64,000 nt of DNA. Source: a virus. The translations under genes were made by a program, and so were the position numbers. The stretch lies in IMG/VR virus record IMGVR_UViG_3300032245_001520, positions 1-64,000 of that record; one strand, 5' to 3'. This document shows positions 1 to 7,968 of this stretch, in pieces. Within the stretch, counting starts at the first letter, position 1; the number at the start of each line of letters is the position of its first letter. The notes below the pieces were generated by a model, which saw only the letters and a program-made list of their open reading frames with translations, was not told the origin of the DNA and made no database searches.

Positions 1-1
1 A

Positions 2-367
2 ATGAGTAGGGATCTCAGAAAGGTTCTTGCCTTCTTTCTCAGCATACTCCTCCCATGCTTGTTTGACGACTGTAGACTCGGTCATGTACTTGTCACGCCA
101 GTAGTTGCCGGTGTCCTTGAACCGACTGTCGGCAACCACGACGATTCGGTAGGAATGACGAGGCAACATGTCCGGTCCGCGATTGACCTTCAGTGCCCAC
201 GCACCCTTGATCAACTTGTCCTCAACTTCCTTTGAGAAGGACCCTTCGATCTTCTCTTGATACCAGCGGAGCACGTCGTGCAGGTATACGTGATAGTCGA
301 CAACCACCACGGGTGCGGGGTTCCGGTCAAGGACGATAGATTTCTCAAGGTGCGTTCTTTCAATCAT
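2..367 (-). CDS. 5'-3' exonuclease / T4 RNase H-like protein, N-terminal part (runs off window)
   Basis: Manual translation from ATG at 367: MIERTHLEKSIVLDRNPAPVVVVDYHVY...RIVVVADSRFKDTGNYWRDKY...; the hhhD, hhhhD and YWR pattern fits FEN/RNase H-like nucleases. Not in the ORF track because it is open at the window edge. Confidence 0.55.
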   Translation of the reverse strand, partial: MIERTHLEKSIVLDRNPAPVVVVDYHVYLHDVLRWYQEKIEGSFSKEVEDKLIKGAWALKVNRGPDMLPRHSYRIVVVADSRFKDTGNYWRDKYMTESTVVKQAWEEYAEKEGKNLSEIPTH

Positions 368-585
368 GTCGGAGAGGGTACGTCGATCCAGTATGCGGGT
401 GTTTCGTAGGGGACTTCGTCAAGACCTGGTTTCCACTCGCCCTTGATGAACCAAAAAAGGTCATAGTCAGTGTACTTATTGGTAGCATCATCGAGAAAGC
501 ATACGAGGTACTGGCCATCGCGTGATGGAAAGTCCTCGATGATGCGCCAGTCTGCGCGGACGTTTTGTTTAGTGAGTGTTGCCAT
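364..585 (-). CDS. small hypothetical protein (DUF551-like)
   Basis: 73 aa with W..I...P..DG.YLV...W......YW..P pattern; ATGA overlap with the downstream gene. Confidence 0.6.
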   Translation of the reverse strand: MATLTKQNVRADWRIIEDFPSRDGQYLVCFLDDATNKYTDYDLFWFIKGEWKPGLDEVPYETPAYWIDVPSPT

Positions 586-587
586 GG

Positions 588-749
588 TCAGAGGGTACCT
601 CGGATTGTTGCGTTAAGGACTGAGATTTCTGCTTGCAGTTCAGTGAGTTGTTTCTTCAGAGACTCAACCAGGATTGTTGAATCGTCGTGCTGGTTTATTT
701 TCTTCAACCAGATTCTGGTCGCGATTTTTTCTTTTGTCCAGGTAATCAT
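588..749 (-). CDS. possible small coiled-coil protein (53 aa)
   Basis: Manual translation MITWTKEKIATRIWLKKINQHDDSTILVESLKKQLTELQAEISVLNATIRGTL; fills the gap before 585 but overlaps the 664..1119 ORF. Confidence 0.35.
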   Translation of the reverse strand: MITWTKEKIATRIWLKKINQHDDSTILVESLKKQLTELQAEISVLNATIRGTL

Positions 750-1119
750 CGATCTCATCGAGTGATCTCATCTGTTTGACTTTGTTGAGTTCGTACAAGA
801 AATTTCGTTCGTCGTAGGTCTTCCTCATGCTTCTGACGATTGAGTCCCAGGTCTCAACTACCCTTTGCTGTTTGCTGGGTGTCAAGTCCAGTAGTAGTCT
901 TGGGGGACACCTTGTCTCTTTCCGTAACTCGCTCTCTGCTCTTATAGCGGACAGGAGTTTGTGGTGCTTCTCCTCTCCGAAGAGTTCAACTACGGCACTC
1001 CGTATCTCTACCAACTCGTCCCACTTCTGCAACACCTCCAGCAGGTGATCCGAAGAGTAGTTGCTGTTTGAGTTGTTTACCACGTCAGGGAATCTCCGGG
1101 TCACAAGCGACTCTTTCAA
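664..1119 (-). CDS. hypothetical protein
   Basis: 151 aa charged helical ORF in operon with thyX; start uncertain. Confidence 0.6.
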   Translation of the reverse strand: MKESLVTRRFPDVVNNSNSNYSSDHLLEVLQKWDELVEIRSAVVELFGEEKHHKLLSAIRAESELRKETRCPPRLLLDLTPSKQQRVVETWDSIVRSMRKTYDERNFLYELNKVKQMRSLDEIDDYLDKRKNRDQNLVEENKPARRFNNPG

Positions 1120-2002
1120 TCAACTCCTGGTACCGGACAACTCTAGATTTGAGCGTTGCATTTTCCTGCTCCAGGTCAGAGTCACGAAGGTTTCGCAGTT
1201 CCTCTTTGTAGTAGTCCCTTCTTTGCTCAGTCCAGTCCAACTCCGCCATAAGTTGACCCTTCTCCCCCTCCAGTTCTGCCAGGAGTTTGTCTCGAGGGTC
1301 GGGATCCGGGTGGAACCACGCCTTGTTGACAGTGGGAAACTGCGTGGCGAAGATCGTCTTGATTGCTTGCGCCAGTTCGACGTGCTCGTGCTGGACGACT
1401 CCAGGTTCATCTCGCACCTTGAGGTAGGTCATCCACGACCGAACCGACCCTGAGACGTAGAGGCGAGTGAAGGTGCCCTGTGGCAACACCAGTCTGGCGA
1501 CCTCTTTGGCGACACCCCTGTCCAGCAGGTCTTGGTATGCCATGTCGGCAACCTTGTACGAAGTCTCCATCGTCGACCACATGGCGTCGGTCAGAGTCGG
1601 ATCGTCAGACTCGATGCTGTTCTGTCGATTCTTCGTATCCTGCAGTCGAGCAACCTCGGGCACGTAGTACAGAGATCCGTACTCGCCCAGCAGATCTTTC
1701 ATCTCCTCCGTCGTGCTGTACCGCAGAGATAGCTGTTGAAAGCAAAACGACCTATGCCGCAGCAACTGTGTGGCGATTGCCAGTGGCGTGATCACCTCCA
1801 CGCACATGTTCGCCTGCTCAAAGATAGAAATATGTCCGTGCTTGATGCAATACTTGAGCAGACCCTCAAAACTAGGGTTGTCCTGGTTCTTCGGACTCGA
1901 GACCCTCGCAATGTAAGCGATGATCTCCTCTGCGTCAGGTGTGGTCCATACCAAACGAGCACGAGACGATCCCTCGATCATCCACGGATTGCGGTTATTC
2001 AT
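1085..2002 (-). CDS. thyX: FAD-dependent thymidylate synthase ThyX with C-terminal coiled-coil extension
   Basis: RHR-x7-S motif (RHRSFCFQQLSLRY), GHISIFE, RLQDTKNRQNS, GVAKEVAR..LP; ATG at 2002 preferred over the GTG at 2014. Confidence 0.93.
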   Translation of the reverse strand: MNNRNPWMIEGSSRARLVWTTPDAEEIIAYIARVSSPKNQDNPSFEGLLKYCIKHGHISIFEQANMCVEVITPLAIATQLLRHRSFCFQQLSLRYSTTEEMKDLLGEYGSLYYVPEVARLQDTKNRQNSIESDDPTLTDAMWSTMETSYKVADMAYQDLLDRGVAKEVARLVLPQGTFTRLYVSGSVRSWMTYLKVRDEPGVVQHEHVELAQAIKTIFATQFPTVNKAWFHPDPDPRDKLLAELEGEKGQLMAELDWTEQRRDYYKEELRNLRDSDLEQENATLKSRVVRYQELIERVACDPEIP

Positions 2003-2048
2003 GGGTGTCCCCACAGTTCATCGTTCCACCTGTGTGTGTTGTGATTTG

Positions 2049-2077
2049 AGTATAGCAGTCGCCAACCGATTGTAAAC
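2049..2077 (-). promoter_or_regulatory. sigma70-like promoter upstream of thyX
   Basis: Minus strand GTTTAC-N17-TATACT with extended -10 TG. Confidence 0.6.
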
Positions 2078-2305
2078 TCACAGCTCGTCCTCAGTCGACC
2101 CGATCACCCAGTCCAACCGCAGCATCACCTGCTCCAAGTCTTGAAGAACATTTTTCAGCACTCGCCGATTGATCGGGGACAGGTTGGTGTTCACTGTCTG
2201 ACGGCGGATGCTCGGCAGAACAAGCTCGATTCGAGACGTAACTGCGAAAAGTTCTATCGCTGCGTCATTCTTCGATGTGTTTGTTTTCGTGGCGATTTGT
2301 GTCAT
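2078..2305 (-). CDS. hypothetical protein
   Basis: 75 aa; start overlaps the exonuclease stop. Confidence 0.65.
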   Translation of the reverse strand: MTQIATKTNTSKNDAAIELFAVTSRIELVLPSIRRQTVNTNLSPINRRVLKNVLQDLEQVMLRLDWVIGSTEDEL

Positions 2306-2931
2306 CAGAAGTTCAGGTCGAGGTCATTGGCGTCAATGGTGCTGGGGTCGTATTTTCCTGCCATCTTCTCCATCACCTTGATCGTGGACACGCAATCAGA
2401 GTATGCGTCGTGGGCAGGCATGCCGGAGAGATTTGGCAGTTTTTGCCACTTCCATCCCTCTTTCTTCTTGGACCACTCGCCACACCATTCGCTGTATTTG
2501 TCCATGCAGCAAGAGATTGAACTTACGGCAGGAAGGTCGAGTTGATACTTTCGGAACATGTGCCACAGCAGCTTTACGTCAAATTCAGAATTGAACGCAA
2601 CCAGATGCTTGTCCTTCAGTACGAACGCGATCATCTTCGCCACTTGCGGGAAGGTGGGTTGGTTGATCACTTGCTCGTTTGTGATCTTGTGAATGCCAAT
2701 CACCTCGTCCGACATAGGTTTGTTCGGTTTCAGCAGCATAGAGAACAAGGGTTTGCCCTTGGCGTCGGTGATGGCAATCTGGCATATCTCCGTGTCAGGG
2801 TCTTTTTGCAAAAGACCAGTCGTCTCAAGATCGAGGATCACCGTCTTGGGGTCCTTCAGACGATCCTCTGCCCACATCTCCGCCTTCTCTTTCGCGTCTT
2901 TCCGGTCATAAACCGTTGGTTCAGGGATCAT
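2305..2931 (-). CDS. DEDDh 3'-5' exonuclease (DnaQ-like)
   Basis: ILDLETTGL, IHKIT, AFNSEFD and AHDAYSDC motifs; likely start MIPEPTV at 2931. Confidence 0.9.
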   Translation of the reverse strand: MIPEPTVYDRKDAKEKAEMWAEDRLKDPKTVILDLETTGLLQKDPDTEICQIAITDAKGKPLFSMLLKPNKPMSDEVIGIHKITNEQVINQPTFPQVAKMIAFVLKDKHLVAFNSEFDVKLLWHMFRKYQLDLPAVSSISCCMDKYSEWCGEWSKKKEGWKWQKLPNLSGMPAHDAYSDCVSTIKVMEKMAGKYDPSTIDANDLDLNF

Positions 2932-3139
2932 TGTTGTCCTCGTAGTTGTTGTCGGTGTCAATGTCTTGCGTGTAGTCCAGTGCGATTCTCTCGCGCCACT
3001 CCATGATTTTGGTAAACGCGATAACGATGTCAGAGGCAAACCCCCTGGCATGCTCGATCCCATCAGGGCCATCGTAGATCTCCCAGCGGAAGTACTCGCG
3101 TTTGTCAGAGGTGAAGTGGTTGGTAATCTCTACTTTCAT
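2921..3139 (-). CDS. hypothetical protein (72 aa)
   Basis: MKVEITNHF...FRWEIYDGPDGIEH...; ATG at 3139. Confidence 0.6.
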   Translation of the reverse strand: MKVEITNHFTSDKREYFRWEIYDGPDGIEHARGFASDIVIAFTKIMEWRERIALDYTQDIDTDNNYEDNNDP

Positions 3140-3488
3140 GTGTGTACTTAGTGGGTCGGATCCCGTAATCTTGATGGCCGAGGAGGTTCCTCTCGGCGGA
3201 TTTCCCACCAAGACGTGTGTAAGAATAAACCTCGCCAAGGAAGTAAACCCTCTCGTTTTGCTCGGGAACTCCCCCCAGAGACTTAAACTGCCTGCGGAGG
3301 AACCAAAGATGGTCCAGAAACAGCGACTCACCGAAGGGGGAAGGTGTGACAATCAAAGAGACCAGGAGCACAGTGTCAAGGTCGCGTCGTTTCGGATGCT
3401 TTCTGTATTCTTTGACCCTGCCCGAGACGGAAACCAGCGTGTTCTCAAGATAGCGAAGATCCTCTCTGGTTCTGATGACGGTATTCAC
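3105..3488 (-). CDS. hypothetical protein (beta-rich, possibly OB-like)
   Basis: Coding part ...VSVSGRVKEY...LDHLWF...VYFLGEVYSY...DYGI; probable GTG at 3488, downstream of a sigma70-like promoter. Confidence 0.55.
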   Translation of the reverse strand: MNTVIRTREDLRYLENTLVSVSGRVKEYRKHPKRRDLDTVLLVSLIVTPSPFGESLFLDHLWFLRRQFKSLGGVPEQNERVYFLGEVYSYTRLGGKSAERNLLGHQDYGIRPTKYTHESRDYQPLHL

Positions 3489-3516
3489 ATGGGCGACACG
3501 AGGGGCAGGCAGTTTG

Positions 3517-3545
3517 AGTATAGGCGGCGTTGACGGTGTGTAAAT
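3517..3545 (-). promoter_or_regulatory. sigma70-like promoter of the leftward early operon
   Basis: Minus strand ATTTAC-N17-TATACT, followed by CAAA as in the thyX promoter. Confidence 0.6.
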
Positions 3546-3566
3546 CAGAGTGTTGGTGCCGCAGGA

Positions 3567-3631
3567 CATCGATGCATCGATCGATCGAACACATGGCACA
3601 TTGTTCGAACACAAGGCACATGTGCGCACAT
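3567..3631 (+). repeat. GATC/palindrome-rich dispersed element, copy 1
   Basis: CATCGATGCATCGATCGATCGAACACATGGCACAT (3567-3601) is the exact reverse complement of 41759-41793; also contains palindrome ATGTGCGCACAT. Confidence 0.85.
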
Positions 3632-3647
3632 TTTCTTCGAGGTCGCA

Positions 3648-3657
3648 GGGTAAAACC
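3648..3657 (+). promoter_or_regulatory. GGGTAAAACC putative late promoter
   Basis: 22 nt before ATG 3680; the only plus-strand copy, ahead of the only plus-strand gene. Confidence 0.7.
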
Positions 3658-3679
3658 AGTCAGAAGACAACCAACAATA

Positions 3680-4429
3680 ATGTTAGGTAAAACTACGTTC
3701 AATCTCAACAAAGGTCAGTACTCCGAAAAGTTGGGACGCATCATCGCCAACCACCGAACCAATTCTCGCCTCATCGGTGAACCCGCCGATTTCATTCTGC
3801 GGTCGTGCCGATTGACAGAGCAGTGGGGCAAACTCGGTGCCGACCCCGATACTGTCGTTTACCTCAGAAATGTTGATATCGCCGGAGGTCGTAAAGTCAA
3901 GATGCTTTCCCTCGAGCGTTCGGGAACGAAACAGCCAATCGGCAAGTCAAAACTTGTTGACGCGTTATACCCCGTCAAGAAAATTGCGACGACGGCAACG
4001 GCAGAGGAGAAACATTACAATGGTGTCAAAGCAGCAATGCGTCGTGCTGTGACATCGCAGTTGACCGGATTTCGCGATCTGCAGGCATTACCTGTTGTCT
4101 GCTACCTGACAGGAAAACACATCCGTCGTGGCATGCGCACGGATGTCGACCATGTTGGTACCCCCTTTTCGGAGCTTTGCGACCAATTTCTCTTGCTCAG
4201 GGACCTCAAGTACACTGACATCGCACTCGTAGGTCCCCCGACCGGCAAGCATTTCAAGGACGTTGAACTTTGGGTCGCTTGGCAAGACTACCACCGAGAG
4301 CACGCTCGCTATGCTCTTGTCTGTGCCTCTGCCAATCGCAGCAAGGGGAATGAAGGGTACACGACGCCGCCTGAACTCTACGGATCGTTCTCTGCGGAAG
4401 ACCCCGAGACCATGTCGTTGGACTTTTAA
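3680..4429 (+). CDS. putative HNH-like nuclease
   Basis: C.LTG...DVDH...W..YH..HA...LVC..AN..K pattern; ATG 3680 follows the promoter motif. Confidence 0.55.
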   Translation: MLGKTTFNLNKGQYSEKLGRIIANHRTNSRLIGEPADFILRSCRLTEQWGKLGADPDTVVYLRNVDIAGGRKVKMLSLERSGTKQPIGKSKLVDALYPVKKIATTATAEEKHYNGVKAAMRRAVTSQLTGFRDLQALPVVCYLTGKHIRRGMRTDVDHVGTPFSELCDQFLLLRDLKYTDIALVGPPTGKHFKDVELWVAWQDYHREHARYALVCASANRSKGNEGYTTPPELYGSFSAEDPETMSLDF

Positions 4430-4445
4430 TCTCCGCTCCCGAAAA

Positions 4446-4874
4446 TCAGAGCAGCGAGACAGTCCGCCAACCGGTCGGTGTGTACACTTCGGGTGCGTTG
4501 AACGTCGTATTCCATCGGATCATGCCGATGACTCCGACAGGTCGCTCTGAGGTGAGACCGGCAGGGAGTTGAGCAGCGCCGACGTCCGACGTCTTGACGA
4601 CGACTCTCGCCGTGTTGACCGACAGAGTTCCGGTCGTTGTGATCGGAGCGTTCGCGGGCAGAGACGTCTGGAGACCATCACCGGCAGCGACAGATGTCAC
4701 CGTACCGAGACCGCCTGTGGCGATGGATCCGAACGACGTCCAGACGCCACGGGCACCGTCGTAGACGTAGGTGAAGCTGTTGCTCGTATTTGCCAGCGGT
4801 GTGGATGCTGGCGAGAACGTGTTCGAGGGAGTTTGCGCCGCTGCTTGGGTGGGGGTGGGGAAGGTGATTGCCAT
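4446..4874 (-). CDS. small fibre/virion protein
   Basis: MAITFP N-terminus, GTVTSV..GDGL linker, LPAG.T.ERP...G.IRWNT motif. Confidence 0.7.
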   Translation of the reverse strand: MAITFPTPTQAAAQTPSNTFSPASTPLANTSNSFTYVYDGARGVWTSFGSIATGGLGTVTSVAAGDGLQTSLPANAPITTTGTLSVNTARVVVKTSDVGAAQLPAGLTSERPVGVIGMIRWNTTFNAPEVYTPTGWRTVSLL

Positions 4875-4885
4875 TGGGTGTTAGG

Positions 4886-7846
4886 TTAGGGGAGGGCGGG
4901 GAGGGCTGTGATAGCAAGATTATTAGCCAATCGGGCAGAATCAACGCGGACGCCGTGAGTTGATGCCCCGTTCCATGCCATTAGAGTAGGGAAAGTCGCT
5001 TGCCAAGGGTTGGTGGCGTTGGTGTCATTGACTGCAGACCCGTCCGGTGCTGTCCCTGCGGAAGCGTCGAAGATGACGTGGCCATTTCCATACTGCTTCC
5101 ACCCCAACAAACCAACAACGTTGGCGCCAACCAACCCATTCGTAACCCAGTTAGCGGCAGTTGAGGTTAGTGCGGCAGCAGTCCCCGTGACGTTAATCCC
5201 CCAGGTGCCAGATGCCCGAGCGCCAGTCGTTCCAGGGTACAGTGCCTCTTGCTCCTCCTGAGAGATGCGCAGGCGATACCAGGCAGACCAGACGCCGTTG
5301 TTGCAGTCTCGCTGCCAAGTTTGGGTGTCGGCGGCAGTATCGGAGGTGAACGAACAAACTGTCTGGGTGGGCCAAGGGGTATTCTGAGAGACCACAGTGC
5401 CGCAGTACCAGCCTGTGGGGGTAGGGGCATTCTCTGCGTCAAGAGCCGCGTACCACCCGTTTTCAACGGCGTCATTCCAGTCCGTGATCAGCTGAGCTAA
5501 AGCACCTAGCCTCGTCGGCAGCGTGTAGGTTGGGGGGATGGCGGTGGATGACAACAGGCCGTTGGCGTCGGCGACGACCATGCGAGTGCCTGTACCGGCA
5601 AGGTTGGAGATAATTACTACACCTCCGGCGCTAATATTTATTCTTTCCTGAAGGGTCTGACCAGCAGTGCCCACAGGTCTAGTAAAAAACCCTAATCCAC
5701 CTTGTATTTCTGTTGTGGCCGTATTAGCCAAGAGACCTTGGACTTTCGCCATTGGGGCAGCGGCGGGAAGCACGGTAAGACCGAAGTTGACGGCACCTCC
5801 ATCGCCCGCTGCGTAGCCACCGTTGCTAACCGTGAAATCTCCGCCTACGACTTGAAGTCGCGATTGCGGATCGTTTGTACCAATACCGACGTCAGTTGTC
5901 GCCGTGGTGGTCGGATACAGATTGGTTCCCACTTGTGTCCAAACCTGACTCAATCCATCCAACTTAGTCTTATCTGCCGACGACATTGAACCGGCAGTGG
6001 TCGTTGTCGCAGCGTTGATACTGATTGCGGGGGTGGCGCCACCAGAGGAGACGATAGGCAGAGTGCCAGTGACGTCGGTTACGGTTCCACCGCCAGGGAC
6101 TGCTTGTGTGCTCAGGACGCCAGTTGCGTCCGCAACGACCATCCGGGTGCCTGCTCCCGCCAAGTTACCAACAGTGACGGGGCCAGTTTCGGCCACACTG
6201 ATCCGCGCGACACCCGCCGTGACAAGGTTTACCGTTTTACCTTGCAAGGCCAAAACGTCGTAGGCAGTGTTGGCAGGGTCCACTGCGCTGATAGTGAACC
6301 CGCCAGCGCGATTGTCAAACAGCCCTCTGAAGGTGGTCGCCAGGATGTCCAGCTTAGCTGCTGCTGCGGTTAGACCACCAATCGCAACTTCACTTGTGGA
6401 GACCGTGGGGTATAGGCTGTTACCAGCCTGCGTCCAAACCTGACTCAATCCGTCCAGTTTGACCTTGTCCGCCGACGACATCGAACCGGCAGTGGTGGTA
6501 GTGGCGGCGTTGATACTAATGTCCGGAGCAGCGCCACCGGAGGAAACAATAGGTAGAGTGCCGGTGACGCCAGTTACTGTGCCTGCGGGGATGGCAGCAG
6601 AGGAAAGCAGACCGTTAGCATCAGCAACAACCATCCGGGTGCCGGTGCCAGACAGATTGGAAATAGTTATCAATCCGCCAGAACTGATACTCAGTCTCTC
6701 GGCCAAAGATTGGCCAGCGGCACCAAGGGGTCTTGTTAAAAAACTTACGCCGCCTTGCAACTCAGTTCCAGGCGCATTAGCCAGAGCACCTTGGATTTTC
6801 GCCATGGGGGAGTAGGTTGAAGCGGAGGCGATTCCAAAGTTGATAACCCCTCCCTCTCCGGGAGTGAACCCGCCCGTGCTAACAGTAATTTCTCCCCCGG
6901 AAACATGAAGACGCGTTTGCGGCGTAGTTAATCCAATGCCCACTTCAGTCGTTGCAGTGGCGGTCGGATACAAGTCGGTGCCGGCCTGGGTCCAGTCTCC
7001 GCCGCCAGCGGGGATGGATTGGGTGCTGAGGACGCCGCTGGCGTCCGCGGTGACCATCCGGGTGCCTGTGCCACTCAGACTGCGAACGGTCACGAGGCCA
7101 GCTGTGGACACACCTATCTGTGCAACCCCGTTTGTTACGAGGTTGACTTCACTGCCTTGCAGTGTTAGAATACTTTGGGCACTGTTTCCTGCGTTGACCG
7201 AGGTAACTGTAAACCCCCCAGCCCTGTCATCAAACAACCCCCTATAGACCCCTGCCAGGATGTCTAGCTTGGCCGCCGCTGCGGTAAGCCCGCCAAGTGC
7301 AACGTTGCTTGTGGTGATTGTGGGGTACAGATTGTTACCCGCCTGCGTCCAAGGTTCAGATGGCAACGCCTGGGCGCTGAGGACGCCCGTTGCACTGGCC
7401 GTGACCATTCGGGTACCGGCCCCTGCAAGACTTCCAAGGGTGACTGCGTTTGCAGGTGTTACGGTTATAGGAGTGCTAGCGTTGGCGACGAATCCGTCCG
7501 TTGTGTACTGAAGAATGAGGTTATCGCCATCGAGGGCCCACCGATATCCTTTAGTGGTCTCCGTTTGCAACAGGGCAAGGTTCGCAAAAGGACTAAGAAG
7601 AACTGCACCGCCGTTAACCTGAAGCAAAAATCCTGCCTTAACCGTCGTCGTCCCAATGCCCACCGCATTGCCAATAACACTCGGACTCAAAATGTTGCCA
7701 CTTACAGTCCAAGGTTGGGTCGAGCTGATAACCCCGGTAGGAGAGATGGCGATGCCAGCCCCTGCCACAACACCTTGCGCTCTCCCTGGGAGGACGACGC
7801 CTTTGGTGCTGTCCCCGGCGATTAATTGGGCTTGCGAGAGAGGCAT
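4886..7846 (-). CDS. tail fibre protein with internal ABAB duplication (986 aa)
   Basis: Repeated WTQ.G..LYPT...VGIG and L.G.GTRMV.ADA.G.LS units; a WN.A..NGWY...W..WY segment; ends ITALPALP. Confidence 0.8.
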   Translation of the reverse strand: MPLSQAQLIAGDSTKGVVLPGRAQGVVAGAGIAISPTGVISSTQPWTVSGNILSPSVIGNAVGIGTTTVKAGFLLQVNGGAVLLSPFANLALLQTETTKGYRWALDGDNLILQYTTDGFVANASTPITVTPANAVTLGSLAGAGTRMVTASATGVLSAQALPSEPWTQAGNNLYPTITTSNVALGGLTAAAAKLDILAGVYRGLFDDRAGGFTVTSVNAGNSAQSILTLQGSEVNLVTNGVAQIGVSTAGLVTVRSLSGTGTRMVTADASGVLSTQSIPAGGGDWTQAGTDLYPTATATTEVGIGLTTPQTRLHVSGGEITVSTGGFTPGEGGVINFGIASASTYSPMAKIQGALANAPGTELQGGVSFLTRPLGAAGQSLAERLSISSGGLITISNLSGTGTRMVVADANGLLSSAAIPAGTVTGVTGTLPIVSSGGAAPDISINAATTTTAGSMSSADKVKLDGLSQVWTQAGNSLYPTVSTSEVAIGGLTAAAAKLDILATTFRGLFDNRAGGFTISAVDPANTAYDVLALQGKTVNLVTAGVARISVAETGPVTVGNLAGAGTRMVVADATGVLSTQAVPGGGTVTDVTGTLPIVSSGGATPAISINAATTTTAGSMSSADKTKLDGLSQVWTQVGTNLYPTTTATTDVGIGTNDPQSRLQVVGGDFTVSNGGYAAGDGGAVNFGLTVLPAAAPMAKVQGLLANTATTEIQGGLGFFTRPVGTAGQTLQERINISAGGVVIISNLAGTGTRMVVADANGLLSSTAIPPTYTLPTRLGALAQLITDWNDAVENGWYAALDAENAPTPTGWYCGTVVSQNTPWPTQTVCSFTSDTAADTQTWQRDCNNGVWSAWYRLRISQEEQEALYPGTTGARASGTWGINVTGTAAALTSTAANWVTNGLVGANVVGLLGWKQYGNGHVIFDASAGTAPDGSAVNDTNATNPWQATFPTLMAWNGASTHGVRVDSARLANNLAITALPALP

Positions 7847-7874
7847 GTTTCTTGCGGGGCGCTATCTTTGAAGG

Positions 7875-7884
7875 GGTTTTACCC
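7875..7884 (-). promoter_or_regulatory. GGGTAAAACC putative late promoter
   Basis: Upstream of ATG 7846. Confidence 0.7.
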
Positions 7885-7939
7885 CCTCGATCTTCGCTCT
7901 TAAAAGAACGGAGGCATAAAGGTTATCCAATACGCCCCC

Positions 7940-7968
7940 ATTGTATCATAGATTGTCCAAAAGTAAAC
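7940..7968 (-). promoter_or_regulatory. sigma70-like promoter in an intergenic gap
   Basis: Minus strand GTTTAC-N17-TACAAT with extended -10 TG. Confidence 0.45.

Noticed and set aside
3567-3631. CRISPR mini-array
   Set aside because: Sub-repeats are short and irregular, with no constant repeat-spacer period
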